Origin: an uncultured Isosphaeraceae bacterium
GTDB taxonomy: Bacteria > Planctomycetota > Phycisphaerae > Phycisphaerales > SM1A02
NCBI GenBank assembly: GCA_964385045.1
Contig: CAYLNM010000002.1
Location: 12,867-76,866 of the forward strand
Direction of reading: 5' to 3'
Length of the DNA stretch: 64,000 nucleotides
The notes beneath the pieces are model-generated. The model ran no database searches. It was given only the letters and a program-made list of their open reading frames with translations, and was not told the DNA's origin. Numbering within the stretch: the first letter of the stretch is position 1; each line of letters opens with the position of its first letter. Below are positions 59,561 to 64,000 of this stretch, one piece after another. Made by a program: the position numbers and the translations under genes.

Positions 59561-59828
59561 GACGGTGGCATCGGGCCCTCGGGTCCGGGGCGGCGGACGA
59601 TCGGGCCGGTCCGGACGGTCCGGCCCGGCCACGGCACGGCGATGGCGGGTGCCGGACGGACGCGACGCCTCCGCGAGCGGGCCGACGGGGGCTCGCTCGC
59701 GGCGGCGTGGTTGATCGGCGACCTGAGACTCGGCGGCGTCGAGACCGGTCTCGGCACCGGCATCGGGACCGGCACCGGCATCGGGACCGGGGACGAGCCC
59801 GCGGCCGACCGCCGGCGCCCGGAGCGGA

Positions 59829-60110
59829 TCAGCTCGCTCGCTCGACGGCGTGGAACCGCGGGAATGCCGGGTCGGAGGGGACGATGTCGACGAAGCGGCC
59901 GCGGAAGCGGACCTCGCCCGGGGCGACGGCGAAGAGCGTGTCGTCCTTGCCCCGCCGCACCAGATGGCCGGCCTTGAACTTGGTGCCGCACTGCCGGACG
60001 ATGATCGAGCCGGGCTGGGCCCGCTCGCCGCCGTACAGCTTGACGCCGCGGAACTGGGGGTTCGAGTCACGACCGTTGCGGGTCGAGCCCTGTCCCTTCT
60101 TATGTGCCAT
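59829..60110 (-). CDS. rpmA: 50S ribosomal protein L27
   Basis: [29 protein letters not shown]....[23 protein letters not shown] is the canonical L27 sequence. Confidence 0.95.
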   Translation of the reverse strand: MAHKKGQGSTRNGRDSNPQFRGVKLYGGERAQPGSIIVRQCGTKFKAGHLVRRGKDDTLFAVAPGEVRFRGRFVDIVPSDPAFPRFHAVERAS

Positions 60111-60263
60111 CGCGAGGCTCCGGGGCTTGTCGATCAGGGAGCGGGAGGCCGGTGCGCACCGGTCCGTTCGGCGGCGATGCGGCTCGAACGACCGCGTGAC
60201 GCCGAGCCGCGGATGGTATCGCGGCCACCGTCCCGGCTCAAGCGACCGGGGCGGAACCCGATC

Positions 60264-60902
60264 TCACCGCATCACCCACCGCTCCCCCACGGACTCGATC
60301 GCGGCGTTCAGCCGGGTGTCGGCCGCCCCGGGCACGAGATAGTCCCGCTGGAGGGTCTTGCGGAGGATGAACTGCTGTCCGGTGCGGGGGTGCAGCACGC
60401 GGGCGGTCTCGCCGCTGATGCCGCCGACGAAGAGCGAGAGCTCGTTGACCGAGACGTCCTCGGCCGGCCAGACCGCCAGACCGTCGCGGGCGTGCTCCGG
60501 CCCCCGGAGCAGGTCGCCGATGATCTCGCTCTGGGTCTCGAGCAGCTCGTCGCCGAGCAGCGTGCGGATGGCCTCGGTGACCCGGGTCGGAACCCCGTCG
60601 CCCGAATCGAGGATCTCGCCCGCGTCGGTGAAGAGGACCAGGTCCGGGGCCCAGACGCGGTCGCGCCCGGTCCGGTTCGTGACCTGATAGGTGAAGTACC
60701 ACCACATCGACTGATCGACGGGGTGGCGGTACAGCCGGAGCGGCCCGGCGTCGAAGTCCAGCTCCCACCGCACCGGGAACGGTGACGGCGTGGGCGGGCC
60801 GGCCTCGGCCGGACGCGACGTCGGGAGACCGGCCACGGACGCGATGGCCGCGACCAGGAGTGCGGCGAGCGCGTGCCGGCGGGGACGGACGAGGTGACGC
60901 AT
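60264..60902 (-). CDS. Secreted hypothetical protein
   Basis: ATG at 60902 is preceded by GGAGGA. The signal peptide is MRHLVRPRRHALAALLVAAIASVAG. The 212-aa ORF is GC3-rich with no recognised motif. Confidence 0.6.
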   Translation of the reverse strand: MRHLVRPRRHALAALLVAAIASVAGLPTSRPAEAGPPTPSPFPVRWELDFDAGPLRLYRHPVDQSMWWYFTYQVTNRTGRDRVWAPDLVLFTDAGEILDSGDGVPTRVTEAIRTLLGDELLETQSEIIGDLLRGPEHARDGLAVWPAEDVSVNELSLFVGGISGETARVLHPRTGQQFILRKTLQRDYLVPGAADTRLNAAIESVGERWVMR

Positions 60903-60938
60903 GCGGGCTCCTCCGAGGGAGTCGGGTATGCTAACCCG

Positions 60939-62063
60939 ATGGTGCGGCGGGCGAAAGGGGACGATCCGACCCCCCGCCCTCCGGCCCGACCTACGCAGGA
61001 GGCGAGCGTCCAGTTGCCGCCCTCGTCCACACCCACCTCGCCGGGCCCCGGGGCCCCGAGCACCGGCCCGATCCCCGCCGAGGCCGCGGGAGTCGATGAC
61101 CGATTCGTGATCGCCTCGGACGCGCTCCGGCTGCCGGCCATCGCCCGGCTCGTCGGTGGCGCCGGTGCGGGCGGCGGCGCCCATGCCCGCCGCTTCGTCG
61201 AGTACGCGTCCCGCCAGCAGATCGACATCCGCCGGCTGTGGACCGAGCTCGACCGCGACGGCCGACCGGTCCGGTCGGTGCTGATCGTCCCGAACCCCGG
61301 CCGGACCGCCGTCCTCTTCGCCGGTCCCGCGGGCGCCCCGTCGGGCGCGGCGAACCTCGGACGACTCATCGACCACGCGTGCCGCCACGAGGACGCCGCC
61401 CGCATCCACCTCGCCCAGGCGCTCGTCGAGCCCGAGGACGCGACGCTCGGAGCCGCGTTCCTCGCCGGTGGGTTCGGCCGGCTCGCGGAGCTCGCCTACC
61501 TCGAGCGCCCGGTGCCGCCGCGTCCCCTTCCGCCGCCCGACTGGCCGGCCGACGTCCGGGTCGTCCCGTGGACGGACGATCGGCGCGAGGACGTGGTCCG
61601 GGTACTCGTGTCCAGCTACGAGGACACCCTCGACTGCCCGGGGCTGCGCGGCCTCCGCGACCCCGACGACATCCTCGAGGGGCACGTTCGCGCCGGCGTC
61701 TTCGAGCCGGGACTGTGGCGGATCCTCGAGGTGGAGGGCGCGGCCGCGGGGGTGGCGATGCTGAACGCCTCGCCGGGCAGCGCCTCGATCGAGCTCGTCT
61801 ACCTGGGCCTCGCGGCCGCCGCCCGAGGTCGCGGCCTCGGGCGTCGCCTGCTCGTCGAGGCGCTCAACGGCATCGCCGGACGCCCCGAGCACACGGTGAC
61901 GCTCGCGGTCGACCTGCGGAACGAGCCGGCGCTCGGACTCTACCGGAGCCTCGGCTTCCACCAGCGCATGCGACGGATCGCGTACGTCCGCTCGCTGCGT
62001 CCCGCCGCGGGCGAGTCGGGGACCTCCGACGCGTCGCCGCCGATCGCCGCGCCGCACGCCTGA
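60939..62063 (+). CDS. GNAT-family N-acetyltransferase (two-lobed)
   Basis: C-terminal acetyl-CoA motif YLGLAAAARGRGLGRRLLVEAL...N.PALGLYRSLGF. ATG 60939 is preferred over the ORF-track start at 60873, which would overlap the divergent gene. Confidence 0.7.
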   Translation: MVRRAKGDDPTPRPPARPTQEASVQLPPSSTPTSPGPGAPSTGPIPAEAAGVDDRFVIASDALRLPAIARLVGGAGAGGGAHARRFVEYASRQQIDIRRLWTELDRDGRPVRSVLIVPNPGRTAVLFAGPAGAPSGAANLGRLIDHACRHEDAARIHLAQALVEPEDATLGAAFLAGGFGRLAELAYLERPVPPRPLPPPDWPADVRVVPWTDDRREDVVRVLVSSYEDTLDCPGLRGLRDPDDILEGHVRAGVFEPGLWRILEVEGAAAGVAMLNASPGSASIELVYLGLAAAARGRGLGRRLLVEALNGIAGRPEHTVTLAVDLRNEPALGLYRSLGFHQRMRRIAYVRSLRPAAGESGTSDASPPIAAPHA

Positions 62064-62099
62064 GCCGAACGATCCATGCCGTGCCGCCGCCGGCGCTCC

Positions 62100-62510
62100 G
62101 GCGGACGGGTGCGCGCGCCGTCGACGCGCGTGCGCGCACGCGTCACGTTCGGGTGCGCGCCGGGCGACGCCGCAGTCGATGCGCGACTTGTCCACAGATG
62201 GGGGAGTTGTCCACGCCGCCCGCGGATTCGCGGCGTGGGAACCATTTCTCGGTTTTTTTCCGCCCGGATCGCCCGTGCCTGCGAGGTTTCGGCGCGCCGT
62301 CGCGACGGTGGCGCGCAGGACGGCCTTGTGACGGCGGCTGTGCCGGGTAGCCTTCATCCGTCGCTCACGGAAGAGCGGCCTCGAGTGAACACGGCATCGA
62401 CGAACGGCACGACCACGGACACGGAGGTGAGCACGGCGACGGACGATGCGGGTGGACGCACGATGCGACGCCCGCACCGAGTCCCGGCCGGACGAGCGAG
62501 GTGGACCGCG
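62100..62510. other. Candidate chromosomal replication origin (oriC) elements upstream of dnaA
   Basis: DnaA-box-like 9-mers TTGTCCACA (62188-62196) and TTGTCCACG (62207-62215). Inverted GTGGAC cores at 62452 and 62501. GTGCGCGC x3 at 62109, 62130 and 62153. An AT-rich patch with T7 at 62240-62260. Confidence 0.5.
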
Positions 62511-62959
62511 GCACGCCGCGGTCGACCGGACCCGCCCCGCACGGACTCCTGCCCGCCGCCTGCATTGGGGGGGAAGCTCGCACGAGCCCCTCGCCGCCTT
62601 CCTGGTCTGCCGCCTCCCGGTGACCTGCGCGCCCGACGCCGGCCTGCGCCGGCCTCCTGCACGGACTCGCTGACATCCCGCATCGAGAGGGTGATCCTCC
62701 CCGGTCGCGGGCCGTACGTCCTCCCATCGCGGGGCGCACGGCGTCCGACCTCGGCGGATCCGCCGCCGACCCCCGCCACGCCCTTCCCGGCGAGCGCGGA
62801 GCGTCCTCGGCGGTGTCGCATGACGCGACCGGCTCGGGCCTCGTGCCCGGGCTTCGGTCCGGACGTCGCACGTTCGGATCGGCGCGGAGGGGCCTCGGCC
62901 GCTCCGCGGGCCATGAAGGCCCGACCGACTGGTTTCCGTCAGACGAGGAGCACAGGCCC

Positions 62960-64000
62960 GTGACCAGCTTCGCATCCCGGCCCCGGACCGCCGCCACCGA
63001 CACGACCGGCGCCGCCCGGCGATCCGCCCCCGCCGAGTCCCTCCGCCCCGCCTCCGGCCACGGCGCCGAGGCGGGCGACATCGGCGAGGCCGGCGACACC
63101 GGACTCGAGTCGCGGATCCGCACCGCGCTCGAGTCGCGACTCGGGGCCGACCGATACCGGCGGTGGTTCGCCGACGTGGAGTTCCGCGTCGACGAACGCG
63201 GCCTCGAGGTCCGCACCACCGGGCCGTTCGCCAAGCGGATGCTCGACCACACGCTCTCCCGCGAGCTGCGCGAGGTCGCCGAGGAGGCGCTCGGCCGCGA
63301 GGCCGGCATCCGCGTCGCGATCGCGCCGATGCGGCCCACCGCCCCGCCGACGGGCGCCGGTCCGCGCGATCGGCGGACCGCGGACCGGGGCTCCGCGGGG
63401 CCCGCCGCCCCGGCCCCCACGCCCGGCGGCCCGGGCTCCGCCGGCATCCGTCCGCGCGGCGTGCGTCCGCGGCAGCGGGCCGAGAGCGGCTTCCGCGATC
63501 TCGACGAGTTCGTGGTCGGCACCAGCAACCGCCTCGCGTGGATGGCCGCGGTGCAGACGGGCGACCCGCGCGAGCTCCCGCCGGCCGGCATCCTCTTCCT
63601 GCACGGCGACTGCGGGGTCGGCAAGACCCACCTGCTGCAGGGCATCTGCCGCCGGTACGGCCACCTCGCGACCACCGCCGGCGTCGACGCCCGCGTCCGC
63701 TACGTGACCGGCGAGCAGTTCACCAACGAGTTCATCGCCGCGGTGCGCGACCACCGGATCGAGCAGTTCCGGGATCGCGTCCGGCGACTGGACCTGCTGG
63801 CGATCGACGACATCCACTTCCTCGAGAACAAGGTCCGGACGCAGAACGAGCTGCTGCACACGCTCGACGCCATCGGCCTCACCGGATCCCGGATCGTGCT
63901 CGCGTCCGACGGCCACCCGTCGCTGATCCGCCGCTGCAGCCGCAGCCTCGTGAACCGCTTCCTCTCCGGCATGGTGATCGAGGTGGAGCGGCCCGACCGG
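62960..64000 (+). CDS. dnaA: Chromosomal replication initiator protein DnaA (3' end beyond window)
   Basis: Absent from the ORF track because no stop is reached. GTG at 62960 lies 9 nt after GAGGAG. Domain I reads RYRRWFADVEF...L.V..TGPFAKRML. The AAA+ core reads FVVGTSNRLA, LFLHGDCGVGKTHLLQ, LLAIDDIHFL and IVLASDGHP. Confidence 0.93.
   Translation, partial: MTSFASRPRTAATDTTGAARRSAPAESLRPASGHGAEAGDIGEAGDTGLESRIRTALESRLGADRYRRWFADVEFRVDERGLEVRTTGPFAKRMLDHTLSRELREVAEEALGREAGIRVAIAPMRPTAPPTGAGPRDRRTADRGSAGPAAPAPTPGGPGSAGIRPRGVRPRQRAESGFRDLDEFVVGTSNRLAWMAAVQTGDPRELPPAGILFLHGDCGVGKTHLLQGICRRYGHLATTAGVDARVRYVTGEQFTNEFIAAVRDHRIEQFRDRVRRLDLLAIDDIHFLENKVRTQNELLHTLDAIGLTGSRIVLASDGHPSLIRRCSRSLVNRFLSGMVIEVERPDR

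Noticed and set aside
59554-60070. Upstream extension of the obg frame, and the 145-aa ORF 59554..59991, as possible genes between rpmA and obg.
   Set aside because: Obg begins with the canonical MLIDETVIYVRSGRGGDG at ATG 59560. The extension and the overlapping ORF are Pro/Arg-rich low-complexity sequence that partly overlaps rpmA.
62913-62963. 16-codon uORF (MKARPTGFRQTRSTGP) whose TGA overlaps the dnaA GTG. Considered as a coupled leader peptide or an rpmH remnant.
   Set aside because: Its codons (cga, act, ggt, cgt, agg, aca) are AT3-rich and atypical for genes in this window. It shows no L34 signature. The GAGGAG inside it is better explained as the dnaA ribosome-binding site.

Overview
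High-GC (about 70% or more by eye) bacterial chromosomal segment. Identifications rest on motif recognition only, since no similarity search was possible. Several traits suggest Planctomycetota, possibly Phycisphaerae-like, at low to moderate confidence: a PF07638-like ECF sigma factor, a DUF1573-like protein, a Cys-rich-repeat protein with dockerin/EF-hand-like ends, weak or absent Shine-Dalgarno sites, and many 4-nt start/stop overlaps. I call about 50 CDS and one tRNA-Leu(CAA). I saw no rRNA, CRISPR array, transposase, integrase or recognisable phage-defence gene. Content from left to right: (1) an Opp/Dpp-type peptide ABC importer with two tandem substrate-binding paralogs, two permeases and two ATPases; (2) a ClC channel-rnpA-yidD-dinB chain joined by overlapping start/stop codons; (3) rpoZ and coaC; (4) a secreted Cys-rich repeat protein; (5) a six-gene minus-strand operon with three different SPFH/band-7 proteins, an ABC-2 exporter and a 660-aa unknown, which is my best candidate for an undescribed system; (6) an orphan ABC-2 permease and uvrA; (7) GT2-ispD-DUF342-cheY-cheX; (8) a DUF1573-like protein, tRNA-Leu, a GNAT, a membrane protein and an S9 peptidase; (9) rnd, tilS and a TlpA-like redoxin; (10) an ECF sigma factor divergent from two paralogous zinc-ribbon membrane proteins; (11) serS, nadK, an ABC ATPase and an 878-aa exported protein; (12) obg, rpmA and another GNAT; (13) a roughly 900-bp non-coding region with DnaA-box-like sites and the only T7 run I noticed, which is a candidate oriC; (14) the 5' part of dnaA, running off the window. 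Most of the very long ORFs in the six-frame track are shadow ORFs typical of high-GC DNA and were rejected.
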